64,000 nt of DNA, from contig NC_042997.1 of NCBI RefSeq assembly GCF_006345805.1, positions 130,324,001-130,388,000 on the forward strand. The letters run 5' to 3'. The stretch comes from Octopus sinensis. Taxonomy: Eukaryota. Both the position numbers and the translations under genes were made by a program. The notes beneath the pieces are model-generated. The model ran no database searches and was not told where the DNA came from. It was given only the letters and a program-made list of their open reading frames with translations. Below, piece by piece: positions 22,664-36,133 of this stretch (the first letter of the stretch is position 1; each line of letters starts with the position of its first letter).

Positions 22664-23063
22664 GGCGCAGGAGTGGCTGTGTGGTAAGTAGCTTGCTTAC
22701 TAACCACATGGTTCGTGGTTCAGTCCCACTGTGTGGCACCTTGGGCAAGTGTCTTCTACTATAGCCTTGGGCCGACCAAAGCCTTGTGAGTGGATTTGGT
22801 AGACGGAAACTGAAAGAAGCCTGTCGTATATATGTATATGTATATATATGTGTGTGTGTCTGTGTTTGTCCCCTCTTCCCTCCAACATCGCTTGACAACC
22901 GATGCTTGTGTGTTTACATCCCCGTAACTTAGCGGTTCGGCAAAAAGAGACCGATAGAATAAGTACTAGGCTTACAGAGAATAAGTCCTGGGGTCGATTT
23001 CCTCGACTAAAGGTGGTGCTCCAGCATGGCTGCAGTCAAATGACTGAAACAAGTAAAAGAGTA
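22664..23063 (+). repeat. Full-length SINE family A (tRNA head, CORE-like centre, internal TA/TG microsatellite)
   Basis: GGCGCAGGAGTGGCTGTGTGGTAAG head through to AAACAAGTAAAAGAGT tail. Further copies or fragments at 41611-42187(-), 58869-59030(+), 61205-61315(-), 21860-22010(+), 28995-29110(+). Confidence 0.85.
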
Positions 23064-23449
23064 ATGGTTTTTCTAATAGTGTTGTTTGCTTTCAGTCCAT
23101 CTCGAAAGTATGTCGGGGCTTTTTGATATGTCTTGACATGTTGCATGGTCTTTGTAAACAAAAGGCTCATCTATGAAGAGAGTGCAGGTTTGTTGTGATG
23201 TATATGTATTGTGTGCAGACAGTTAGGGAAGAGTGGAAAGAGGTATTGTTTGCATAGGAATTGGCATTTGTTACAAGTGACAACAGGTAGATAGTGAATG
23301 TGCTGGAAAAGATTTGGTGGGGAACATAACTGAAACATGGGATGCTCAAGAGTTGGTAGAATGAGGGTTTTACTCAGCAAAGTATTCATCACTCTGAGGC
23401 TATAGAAGATACTTTTTCAAGGTGCCATTCAGTAGAATATGAATATATA

Positions 23450-26281
23450 TCATCATCATCATCATCGTTTAGTGTCCACTTTCCATGCTAGCATGGTTTG
23501 GACGGTTCAACTGGGGTCTGGGAAGCCAGAAGGCTGCACCAGGCCCAGTCTGATCTGGCAATGTTTCGACGACTGAATGCCCTTCCTAATGCCAACCACT
23601 CTGTGAGTGTAGTGGGTGCTTTTTATGTGCCAGGCGAGGCTGGCAAACAGCTACGATCGGATGGTGCTTTTTATGTGCCACCGGCACGAGGCCAGTTGGA
23701 TCGGTGCTGGCAACGGCCACGTTCGGTTCTTTTACGTACCACCGGCACTGTTACCACAGCTGCAATTTCCATTGATGTTGATCGATTTTGATTTTGATTT
23801 TGGATTTTCACTTGCCTCAACAGGTCTTCACTAGTAGAGTTTTGTGTCCCAAGAAGAAAAGGTATACATAAGTGGACTGGCTACATCCCATGTAGAGGCC
23901 ACGGGTTATGATCTCACTTGTCCTGCCAGGTCTTCTCACGTACAGCATACTTCCAAAGGTCTCGGTCTCTAGTTATTTCCTCGGTGAGACCTAAAGTTTG
24001 AAGGTTGTGTTTCACCACCTCGTCCCAGGTTTTCCTGGGTCTGCCTCTTCCACAGGTTCCCTCAACCGCTAGGGTGTGGAACTTTTTCACACAACTATCT
24101 TCATCCATTCTCGCCACATGACCATGTCAGCGCAAACGTCTCTCTTGCACACCACAACTGATGCTTCTTAGGTCCAACTTTTCTCTCAAGGTACTTACAC
24201 TCTGTCGAGTATGAACACTGACATTACACATCCATCGGAGCATACTGGCTTCATTTCTTGCGAGCTTATGCATATCCTCAGCAGTCACAGCCCATGTTTC
24301 ACTGCCATGTAGCATGGCTGTTCGTACACATGCGTCATACAGTCTGCCTTTTACTCTGAGTGAGAGGCCTTTTGTCACCAGCAGAGGTAAGAGCTCTCTG
24401 AATTTTGCCCAAGCTATTCTTACTCTAGCAGTTACACTTTCAGCACACCCGCTCCTGCTACTGACTTGGTCACCTAGGTAACGGAAGCTATCAACTATTT
24501 CTTTTTTTTCTCCCTGGAATGTGGCAGAAGTTGGTCTCAGAGCATTTTCAGTGTTTATTGCTCCTGAGCATCTGCCACATACAAAAACTATCTTCCTAGT
24601 TAGCCTTCCTTTGACATTGCTGCACCTCTTATGTGTCCATAGCTTACACTTGGTGCATCTTATAGAGTTTCTGCCTACGCCTTTTCTGCAGATCGAGCAG
24701 GGCCATCTACCTGAAGGCATTTGTGATTTGTCTACCTTTCTACTTATTAGGACTTTGGTTTTAGCCAGATTGACCCTAAGGCCCTTTGATTCTAATCCTT
24801 GCTTCCACACCTGAAACTTCTCCTCCAGTTCTGATAGTGACTCAGCAATTAGAGCAAAGTCATCAGCATAGAAGAGCTCCCAGGGGCATCCTGTCTTGAA
24901 TTCTTCTGTTATTGCTTGGAGGACTATGATAAATAGGAGGGGGCTGAGGACTGAGCCTTGGTGGACCCCAACCTCTACCCGGAATTCTTCACTGTACTCG
25001 TTGCCAACCCTCACCTTACTAGCGGTGTCCCTGTACATGGCTCGCACAGCTCTCACTAACCATTCATCTATCCCTAGTTTCCTCATTGACCACCAAATAA
25101 GGGATCAGGGGACGCTGTCGAAGGCTTTCTCCATATCAACGAAAGCCAGGTACAGGGGCTTATCTTTGGCTAGGTATTTCTCCTGCAGCTGCCTTACCAG
25201 GAATATAGCATCAGTGGTACTTTTCCCTGGCATGAACCCAAACTACATCTCATCTAAACTAACTCTCTCTCTAATTAGTTGGGCTATGACCCTCTCCGTA
25301 ACCTTCATTACCTGATCCAACAACTTGATACCTCTGTAATTATTTGTATCTAGGGCGTCACCTTTACCTTTGTAGCAGTTGACTATTATGCTGCTACACC
25401 AGTCATTGGGTATGACTCCTTCGTGTATCACCTGATTAACTATATGGGTGACTAGGCTATAGCTGACACTACCAGATATTTTGAGCATCTCTGCAGTGAT
25501 TTCTGATGGGCCTGGGGCTTTCCCTGTCTTCATGCTTCTAATTGCCTTAACTACCAAGGAACTGTCAACTCGGATAGCTGGTCCCTCTGTTGGGTCGACA
25601 TTCGGCAGACTCTCTTTATCCCATTCATTTTCTTTATTCAGCAACCTTTTATTGTGGCGTCTCCAAACCTCTCTCTTTGCATCCTCATTTAGCGCAAGTG
25701 AACCATCATCCATGTGAACACATTTCTCTCCTACCACATCACGATTCTCTCTCACACACTGTCTTGCAACACGAAATACCTCAAGTCTTTGGTCCTCACG
25801 GCGCAGAACATTGGCAAATTTTTTCTTATCTGCTTCCCCTCTGGCTAAATAGACCTGTCTCCTAGCTTCTCTTTTGGCAGTCTGATACAATTCCCTGCTA
25901 CCACCATTCTTCCAGTCCTTCCAAGCCTGTCTCTTTTGTCTAATAGCCCTGTCTACAACATTGTTCCACCACCACATTATTTTGGGTCGAGAGGGGTTTT
26001 GCACCATCCACAGATCTGGTCAGTGGCTCTCAGCAGGTTGTCCCTTAGAAACGTCCAGTTGTCTTCTACCCCATTTGAAGCTCTATCCCCTTCTACTTCG
26101 TCAAAGGCTTCAAGTAATATGTCCCTAAATCTTTGTCCATTCACAGGATCTTTAAGCTTCCAGATCCTTCTTCTCCATGTTGGTCATCTTCTGGTCGTTC
26201 TCTTAGTCCTGATCCTAAAGTCACTAACTACCAGTCTATGTTGTGGGGTACATTCTTCGCCTGGGAACGTTTTGGCATTTA
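23450..26281 (-). mobile_element. 5'-truncated RTE-clade LINE, antisense in an RNF31 intron
   Basis: APE end (PGEECTPQHRLV), RT motifs (NYRGIKLL, GVHQGSVLSP, FYADD), Cys-rich insert (CSIC..CTKCKLWTHKRC..CGRC), a few stops and frameshifts, and a 3' UTR ending in (GAT)n. Confidence 0.93.
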
Positions 26282-26290
26282 TATATATAT

Positions 26291-26430
26291 AAGTTCAACA
26301 AAAATCTAGATTCAGATGAATATGGTACTTAAGTTAAAGGCACCAGAATTTGGTATGGTATTATCCATATAAATTAAATGGGGTGATTATAATCAAAATA
26401 AGCAATGATATCCTTGTTGCTTATTTTGAG
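26291..26430. repeat. Short copy of the Penelope-like element at 58364-58756, inserted in (TA)n
   Basis: Shares AAGTTCA.CAAAAAT.TAGATTCA.ATGAATATGGTACTTAA and the terminal TTGTTGCTTATTTTGAG. Confidence 0.7.
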
Positions 26431-26924
26431 TATATATATATATATATTAACGAACTAGTTTGCTAGTTGCAAAACTAGTGACTGTCTGACACTGTTTTTT
26501 CTATATATATTGTAAGCTGGGTTAGACTACTGCTATGTCTAGCAGACGAGTATCCATCACTGAAGATGGTCTAATAAGATTGAAATCATGTGATATGGTG
26601 GTCTCTGAGCTAGGAGAGTAGGGAGTTCTCTCCCCACTTGCAATATATATATCAAGTGCAAAGTGCACTGAATAGCCAGCTGAAGGAAGTTTCCTCTTGA
26701 GGTTAAAATAACAGTATTGTCTGTCCTTAAAGAACATGTTTAAGTGGTGATAAACATTACTTTTATATATATAATATCATCATTATTTAGTATTCATGTT
26801 TCATGCCAGCAGTTGAATCCACCTATATATATGGAATATGAACATTTTTGGATGCTGTAAATGTTATTTACATGTTATGTTTAAATGTCTCTATGTACTT
26901 TATCAAGTAACTTATGTGTTGTAG

Positions 26925-27090
26925 GGATCATTACAAGGAATATTTAATAACATTGATCAATGAAAACAAAGTCGACCCCATTGAGTTGTTCACGAAACAG
27001 AAAATTATACAAGTTCTTTCTCGCTATGACAAAACTGCCCCAGACCAAGGCAATCAGTCAGAAAGTGAATATATCAACTCTCTCAAAAAG
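26925..27090 (+). CDS. RNF31: RNF31/HOIP coding exon (LDD)
   Basis: ttgtAG / AAG|GTaact; 166 nt, phase-compatible with the previous exon; HYKEYLITLINENKVDP. Confidence 0.94.
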
Positions 27091-28530
27091 GTAACTGCCA
27101 TTTTTCTCTCTCGACTGCTTTACTCACTTTTACTTTTTCTTTTAGATGATGTGCAAAAGGAAAATTTAGAGAAATAAGCCTTTCTAATTTTGGCACAAGG
27201 CCAGCAATTTTGATGGGAAGGGGAAACCGATTACATTGATCCTAGTACTCATCATCATCGATTAATGCCCGTTTTCCGTGCTGGCATGGGTTTGGTGCTT
27301 ATTTTATTGACCTTAAAAGAATGAAAGGCAAAGTCAATTTCAGTGGCATTTGAACATGGAATATAAAGAACCATGAGAAATGCTACTAAGCATTTTTCCT
27401 TGATGCTCTAACAATTCTGCTCGTTCACTTGTCTTTGTTTAAATAAATCATGGCTCTTCATTTTCTCAATGGATTCAGCTGTCTTTATGTTCAACATTTG
27501 ATCACTCTCTCACTCTGGCTGGGTAACCATATACTTCCTCAACTTCTGTCTCTCTGTCTCACTATAACCTTTCATCATCATCTGATACAAGATCCCCTCT
27601 TCCAATGCTTCCTCCACTCACAATGCAAGTTACTTGGTTTACTTGGTGACTCTACCAGTGCTTATGCCACTTAAAAAGCATCGAATCTACACTGTAAAGT
27701 GCTTGGTTTTTTGGAAGGGGATCCAGCTGTAAAAACTATGCCAAAACTAAACTTGCCTGTGCTTGTGCCATGTAAAAAGCACTCAGTTGACTCTGCTTGG
27801 TGGTTGGTGTCAGCTCCTGTCAAACTGTCCAACCCATGCCAGCATGGAAGGCAGACATTAAACAATGATGATGATGATGCTACTCTTTAGTTTTCATTAG
27901 TTTCTTCAGAACAAAAGTCTTTTTTTACCTTTTTATTAAGTCAAAAATTAATCATGAAATCCTGTCCAAACTGTTACAAATATTATTGGTATATTAGTTT
28001 TTCTTAATTTCTTTCAGTTCTTTCTGTAGTTACTATGCTATCATGGCAGCCACTTTGTCACTAATTAGGTTACATAGATAATAGGGGTAACCTATGATTA
28101 ACTACTACTGTGTATTTATCCCAGCTGAAGTTCTGATTGTCTATCACCCCACTAAATGCATTGTGATTAATCCAAACTTAGCTGCAACCATTATTATAAA
28201 GGCAGCCAGGGTGGTGAACTGGCAGAAATGTTAGCATACTGGGTGAAATGCTTAGCAATATTTCGTCTGTCTTCACATTCTGAGTTCAAATTCTGCCATG
28301 GTTAACTTTACCTCTCATCCTTTCGGGGTCAATAAAATAAGTACCAGTCAAGTTAATGTAATTGGCTATCCTTTGTGCTCTTAGTAGAAAGGATTATTGT
28401 AAAGTTACAATAGGTGCTAATCAAACCACACAGTTAAGCAGTTATTTCTGGGTGGAAGATGGTCAAATGATAATATCAATATTGCAGAATTACTTCTTGT
28501 AATGCTAGTGTGGAGAAGTGGATATAAAAA

Positions 28531-28567
<37 letters not shown>

Positions 28568-28721
28568 GATAAGGATAAAGACCCCTTCAGTCATGAATGA
28601 CCTAGAAATTCATTGTTGAATTGCTTCATGGTGGTTTTTCTCTAATTTATATACATATATTATATATATATTTATTTTATATGCATTATATATAACAATG
28701 AATATTTATTTCTATTTTCAG

Positions 28722-28754
28722 TTGCTGCAGCAAGTTGAACCAATTTTGAAATGA
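28722..28754 (+). CDS. RNF31: RNF31/HOIP terminal coding exon
   Basis: tattttcAG then LLQQVEPILK-TGA. Candidate AATAAA signals downstream at about 29813, 30213 and 30258. Confidence 0.75.
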   Translation: MLQQVEPILK

Positions 28755-29169
28755 AAGCCTGACTGATAATTTTATTTTTGTTAACCTGAGATATATTTTG
28801 TTAATTTATTTAATTTAATCTTTTTTTTTTTGATTTGTTAACATTCTGAGTCGTAGGAAATGGTACTCTTGGCAGAGCAGCATTTAATTACAAGAATTGC
28901 ATAAGTTTTTAAGCTTTCTGAAGTTAAAAATGGACAAGGGAATGTATAGTGTACAGATTGGATTGAAGTCTATAGATTAGTCATGTAGAGAGAAAGCATG
29001 GTTGAATGATAATGTAGACCACTTTGCAGCCATTGGTCCTGAGTTCAATCTCACCATATGGCACTTTGACCATGTGTCTTCTGTCCTGCCTTTCAACCTT
29101 GTGAGTGGAATTTAATTAGTTTCTGTCTGCTAAATTTCACTCATTAAACTGAAAGCTATGGTAAAAGAC

Positions 29170-29530
29170 ACACATACGTGTGTATGTATTTATCTGTGTG
29201 TGTGTGTTTGTGTATATGTGTGCATGCGTGTATGTGTGTGCATGCGTGTATGTGCATGTGTATATGTATGTGTGCATGTGTGTATACATGTGTGCATGTG
29301 TGTTTATGTGTGCATGCGTATGTGTGTGTATATGTATGTGTGTGTGCATGTACATGTATGTGTGTGTATATTTGTGTGTGTGTATATGTATGTGCGTGTG
29401 CATGTACATTTGTGTGTGTGTATATGAGTGGATGTATATATTTGTGTGTGTGTATATGAGTGGATGTATTTATATCTGTGTGTATATGAGTGGATGTATT
29501 TATATCTGTGTGTGTATATATAATATATAT
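29170..29530. repeat. Compound (TG)/(TA) microsatellite with a 30-bp minisatellite, in the RNF31 3' region
   Basis: Direct reading; TGTATATGAGTGGATGTA is repeated three times. Confidence 0.9.
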
Positions 29531-30829
29531 GCAATTTTTTGTCTATAATAGTCTAGTACCTTTAATCTGAAAAATTACTAGAGGGTACTTGAAATCTCCA
29601 TGGCTGGCAGTTTAGCTCACTGCCTTACCACAGGTGGCATTGTGTGTATTTTGTGTTTACATGCATTATATACACTGCACTTGTTAGTGGTGATACCAAA
29701 ATTTTGAGAGCTCCTCTGCTTATTTAGCTTAATGTTAGCTTTATTTTTGACTTGTATAGTAAGAGAACTGAAAGCACCATTGGCAATATCAAACATAAAC
29801 ACCAATCAATATCAATAAAGTAAAACTAATGAAAATATCGAACTGGGATGTCTCAGTACATAAGCTGTGTGATATCTGTGGTAGCTGGTTGAAGGATTAA
29901 GTGCAATCCACAGAACTGGTTTCCCAGTTATACAAAATTTAACCCGAGCTGAAGACATAGTGCAATGTGACGCTCTAGATGTGTTGCACTTTCCCCACTT
30001 ACCAGCCTATTTCAGTATACCTGCAGATTCTTGTGGTGGTCACAGTAGATATGAGACAATGTGGACTCTGTTGGTATTCAAACAAATGCTGACGGCCGTA
30101 ATTTTGACAAATATCATTCATTGTAATTTTTCTCAACCGCCAAGTGGAATTGCTAATACTTGGAACAACGTAGCATTCAGATTTTCTTACAACTTATCTA
30201 GTTTTTGTTCATAATAAAATATGCTTTTGTTTTGCGTTTTTTCATTAAAAGTTTATAATAAATTGCAAACATAAATCTTTCAACATTTTCTTTTTAATTA
30301 ACTTCTTTTAATAAGTGGTAAAATTTTTTTAAAACCAATGCCTACAAATATTGTATAATTAACTAGCATACTGTTCTAGATAATACAGTCTGATAGAATT
30401 TTAATTGGTGTAAGCTTACACAGTATGTTTCTAAAGTGTCCAGATGATCAATAAATATATTTATAGCAAATATACTTTATATAATTACAAATCTTGAAAA
30501 CTGCACCAAACAACTAGCACTAAAAGCAAGAATACTGTGTTAGTCAATCAATGAAGTGAACAGAATATTTAACCCATTAGCATTTAAACCAGCCATATCT
30601 GGTCCGAATATTCAAATTGACCAGATCTGACCACTCGCAGCTATTCTACATTGTCATACTAATAAATAAACAATCAATCAGAATTTCAAAGATATTAGAT
30701 AATGCACAATTAATTCAAATGGACATGAATAAATAAACATTAGATTTAACAGAGAAATCTGAGTGCTAAGGAATTAATATTAATGAATTATAGGTTTTGT
30801 GTTTAGATTTCACAACAGAAAATCAGTTT

Positions 30830-33350
30830 TGGCATCAAATTTTCTTCTATAAGTCTCTACTGGTAATCCAGTAGCTGTACCATTTAACTAAACTTAATTC
30901 ACATCCAGATGAAAGGTAATTCTTAATATGTATCAGATCATTTTAAGAGGGACACCTTGATTAGCTGATTTTAATTGAAATCATACGAGTGAATTCAGAA
31001 TCAGGTCTAGAGACTTGAAGTGTCCCATGACTGCCAACAACAGTTAAGGTCTTCAAAATCAACATTTCTAAGCAAATAAATAGTATATAACAGTCAATGA
31101 ATTAATCAAACCATTTTTAACTTTCTCAGATACGATTAATTTTAAATCCAAATACTGTTGGATTACTTTTGCAGCCATATTTTCTGTTTTTAAAGTAGCA
31201 GACTAGTTTTGCAATGTTTTTCTCACTCTCTACTACAAATTCAAAATATTTTGCATTTGTATTAAATCTAAAAACTCCCATTCTTTTAACTTATCTAGAA
31301 AGCTCTCATCTAAATGAAAGCATCACATATTCATATTTCAATGAATGCAATTTAGAAATTTACATCTGAATGAGAGCCGAGAAGCTCTTTTACTTTTTCA
31401 GTCCAGTGAACAGTATCATAAAGATATTGCAATCATGATTTATTCATTCTTACCATTTTTGGCATTCTACTGTGTTTTTACTATGTTCAAACAAGATTTC
31501 TGTAGGTATTTGCAGAATCTTATCAAATCATAAAAAAACTTTATCAAGAATACTTATTGCAATTCTTTGCTATGTCAGAATCTTGAGATTCATTTGCTCT
31601 TCATTGTAATACTAATTCATTGTAATTTTTTCACTAGAGCAGCTACAGCAAGAATGCCTTGAAAGCCTTCCTACTTCATTTAGAGGTCTAAATGATAATG
31701 CATTACAGTGCTAGTTAATTCTGCGAGTTTTCCTTTTACAATTGATGATCTATTGTATATACTTTGGCAACACATTCGTAGTAGTTTCTTCCTTGCATCA
31801 TCCAACCCCAAGTTTTAACTGTAAATAACAACACTGTTGTTATGATAGATGCTTTCCTTTATCATTTTAGAACAGCTGTGATCCCATTATTTTTTTCTTT
31901 GCATAATTTGCACTCCATCTGATTTAAACATCACCATCCTTTGAAGGTCAAGATTGCCGTGAATGTAAAGATTCTTTATTGATACCATGATGCTGACACT
32001 GTTAGCTTCAATATACCAGCAAACATAGTCATATAAAAAAATTTCATTTTGTAAACAGCATTTAACATACAATAATAACATTCTTTGGATGGTGCTATCA
32101 GTACTTTTGTCAACAAAAACTTGTATAGAAAGCGGATTTCTTCAACTCATCTATTTTCTATCTTTGAAAAATAACATTGATGCATTTGACAAATTCAAGA
32201 GCATATTCTTTGTCCTACCAACCTTCAGGAATGTTTACATATTTGGCTAGTGTGAATTAATGTGTTGAATAGAATGTATTGAAGTGTAAATTTTAACTGG
32301 TGGAATAACATTATCTACTAAATCTTTAACCATATTAGCAGTAAACCTTTTCAAGACTGGCCTCCTGGTTTACTCTAAATTTTTTGATTATGGTGTTTCT
32401 TGTTAGCATTCCCAAAATATTACCTTTCTTTACGTTTCCTAATTTAGTTAGGGCATCCAAACAATTGCATTATTAAGATGTCATTTTCAAATTTAACTCC
32501 AATTTTTCTGTAGTAAATTTTCCTCAAATTTTTGCTTTGGTACAAATGGTACAGATAACATCACCTGCATCTTGGTTCATGCAAACATCTGCTATTGTTA
32601 CTTTCTGTTTTTAGTGCAAAGATAGTAATTTGTTTTCTACAAGATGTGAAAGTCATTCTTGCTTATAATTGGAGCAAATTTTCTGTATTTCTTTTTTTTA
32701 ATTTCGATGTTTCTTCATAGTTTCTTTTGATATTGTGACAGCATTTTTATCTTTATAGCCATGCATTAAAAAAAAAGAAATCTGTCAAAAATATACTTGC
32801 ACCATTGTCTATTGTTATTTTGATAGCTTTCCTAGAAATAGTTGTTGAATGAAGCTGCAATGCAAGTGACAATATGATTTGTGGGAAATCCTGTTCTCAA
32901 TTTTGAGAACAGAAATGTATGTTGTGAAGAAGAAGAAGGATCTAACATTTTCGACTCTTGTTCTTCTCTAGAGTGAAAGATTACATTAGTGAATCAGTTG
33001 GGATGCCAAAATGTGGAATTGGGAAAATAAAGGAAATGGAAAAGGTATGTCAAAAGGTGGATATAGAGAGAGAAGGCAATTGTTTTGAGTTAACCAAGTG
33101 TTTATGGCATAAAATCCAGTATTTGGAGTTAACATGTTGGAATTTCAATCCAGTACATGCTTTCTTTATCAAGCAGCTGTGAGTTTCTAGCACTTGTTGC
33201 TCCCTGTATGCTGTGTGTATAATGAACTTGTGGATTCCTACAAGAAACATACAAACTATGCAAGTCTTGGGAATATTTTCAAAGTGCCCAGTCTTTGAAA
33301 CTAAACTACCGTATGTTTACAACTAACTTGCATTAAATTTACTCAGAACA
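30830..33350 (-). pseudogene. Highly decayed hAT transposase (ZNF862-like)
   Basis: Fragments in shifting frames: LDLQRMVMFKSDGVQIMQRKK, LGLDDARKK..RSSIVKGKLAEL, a decayed R-W-L-S-R-H-like motif, and a C-terminal DLIHIKNYLSSG. Confidence 0.6.
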
Positions 33351-34245
33351 ACCAATTCTCTGGAGGGTTGGTATCAATCTTTCAAGAGTTTTGATAATTC
33401 TCTCAACCGAGTCTTAAATACATTAAGAAAATCCAGCTAGAGCAAACTAACACTGAATTTTCAAATAAATATCTCTTGGGGTTAATCTGATGCGAACAAG
33501 TAAAAAATGTACCAGTGTTAATGATTATACTAAAAAGTTACTCTCAACCAACAGCATATTTTCCTAAATGTCATTGGCTCAGACTTTATAGTTTAGTTAT
33601 TTTAATTTTAAGACTAGTTGTTTTCGACAACTTTCAGCTTTTTAATATATTATTAAGTTTTGTAAATTTTGTATTATTAAATTATTAATTTTTTTTGATT
33701 AAATACAAATTTCGGGCAACTTCCTTCCATGTAATAGTGGAAGAAAGTTGCCAATTTCAGTTTTAAAATGAATTATTTTTTTAAAAATTAGTTTTTCTAA
33801 ATAAAATCTTGGTATTTTGAATATCAACAATTTGACTGGAGTTTTGTCTTGTCGGTATTTTGATTGTTGACATTTTGGCATTACATCTGAACATGGATTC
33901 ACTAAGAGCACAATTGTTAAGTTCATTTGCATTGTTAGCAGTGTGCATCCTAGCCCTTTGTTCAAGACTATTAAAGCTAGATTGAGTAGGAGAGATTTGT
34001 TTGAATGCTCTTTTGCACCTCTGTGTTTGGATGTGATTTACCTTGTAGTGGCAGTAACTTTGAAGGTTAAAGATTGCTGTGGAAACAAACTGTGCCCTCT
34101 CACATGTTCGAGTTGTCTTTCATTTTTAGTATTTTTGTCTCTTTGTGTATGCAGTCCATATATAAGTTGTGATGATGAGTAGTGTTCTGCTCATGTACTT
34201 TGTAGTTTATTGTACTTTATTGTGAAAACATGACTGTGTCTTTAA

Positions 34246-34469
34246 CCCTTTCATTACCAACCCGGCTGAAACTGGCTCTGGCTCTGAGTACAAATGTCTT
34301 GTTTTCATAAGTTCTGAATTAAAATCTTCCACCAATTTACAATTAGTTACAATTCATGTTCCTAACACTAGCTGAATGATAACTAAGTTATTTTACTAAA
34401 TTCTTTGTTATATTTAAAGTAATTGAAAGAAACACAGAGCATCTCAAAATAAATACAGTAATGAAAGGG
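34246..34469. mobile_element. piggyBac-type MITE family 1 inserted in the head of a SINE
   Basis: TTAA-CCCTTTCATTAC...GTAATGAAAGGG-TTAA; the SINE head resumes at 34474. Confidence 0.85.
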
Positions 34470-36133
34470 TTAAGAAGCTTGTTTCCCAATTATGTGGTCT
34501 TGGGGTCAGTCCTACTGCTCAGCACCTGGGCAAGGGTCTTCTACCATAGCTCCATGTTGTCCAAAACCTTGTGAGTGGATTTCATAAGCAAAAACTGAAA
34601 GAAACCTGTTGTATATATGTATGTGTGTGTGTGTGTGTATACCCTTGTCTAGACATCACTTGGTGGTTGTAAATGAGCATCAAGCAAGGTTGTTTGTTTC
34701 TAGTCTTCCATGAAAAACATGTCTAGCTGTGAGGGAATATTACTTTGCTTGGAAACAGGTGAAGGTTGATAGCAAGAGGAGCACCCAGCTGTAGAAAATC
34801 TCTCAACAAATACTGTCTGACCCATGCAAGCATAGAAAAAGTGAATGTTAAATGATGATTTAATAAGATGATAGTGATAAGGTTCGTAGGTTGGCATAAT
34901 CTCTGATGGATCTAATATAGTGTTTATACACCAGTTGTTTTTTTTTTCTGTTGGCAAAATATAGTTCCTGTGTTTGTTCTGATTTTCTGTTGGCAAAATA
35001 TAGTTCCTGTGTTTGTTCTGATTTTCTTTTCTTTATTGTATCTATGTTGTGATGGTTTGTTTGTAATATCTAACATCTTTGTCTTTTGTGTGAGTTATGC
35101 TTATATTATTTAGGATGACTGGGGCTCATAGAATCAGTTACTCAGTTTCCATGCCATATAAGTGACTGAGCTCATAAATTTCTTCCTGAAAGGGATGGTC
35201 AGTCTGTTGCAAGCTTAATCATTTAGAGTCAAGTGGACTGAAGCATTGTGAAATGGGGTGTTTTGCACAAGAACACTACGAAATTCCTGGTGCAGGAATC
35301 AAAACCATTATCTTGAAATCCTGAGTGCAATATGCTAACCATTAGATTAACTGAGGGTGACAGGTAAACATGAGATTATTTTACTTGGTGCTTTGTTGGG
35401 CTTTAGGAGGGAAAAAAATGATTTTGTTAGCTTCCATATTCTTGGAAAATATAGAACCAAATGTAGATTTTGGCATGCAGTGATTCTTTTCAGCTCCAGC
35501 TATTTTAGGTGTAAATTGTAATTTTGTGTGGTTCTGAGAGTTTTACATTTTTAGGTTTTCCTGTTACTTTTTCAGTTTCTTATGGAAGGACAAGATAAAA
35601 ATCATGATTAAGATGTAAGGTGTATAATTATTGCATTGTATTCCTGTTTTGTTTGTGTGGATTTTTGGTGGCTGATTTTGGAGAAATGTCAGTTAAGAGC
35701 TTTTGCTTGATGTTGGAGTGTATGTTATTTCTGGTCGTTATAATATGGCTGTTATTGATACTGCTGCTAATTGCTCCATAGTGTTCTAATGTTTGTTTCA
35801 TTGTTTATGTTGGATATAAACATTTACTAGTTTTCGCTTTTCTATAGTTATTTTTTTTATTTCCTGTGTTGCTTGTCATTGAGTTTTATTTTTGGATGTG
35901 TTTGGTTTATTTTTTGGTGTCAGATTTGAGGTTGGTCATTTCTGGAGTATAACTGTATTCATTTATGTTACCTTATGAAATTTATTTTCGTAGTTGAGTT
36001 TGTAATGTTTCTACTGAAAATTTCTGCTGCAGTGTCCATGTTGGTAATTGTGATGTTGATTTCTTAAAAAAAAAAGAAAAAAAAATTTTTCTTGCTAATG
36101 GTGAAACTTGTTTCAATGGTTTTTTTTTTTTAA

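Noticed and set aside
22664-22735. tRNA-like sequence
   Set aside because: It is a SINE head with box A/B only; no convincing cloverleaf or acceptor stem, and it continues into the SINE body.
34935-35027. Exact ~39-bp tandem duplication
   Set aside because: A simple local slippage event in decayed repeat DNA with no sign of function.
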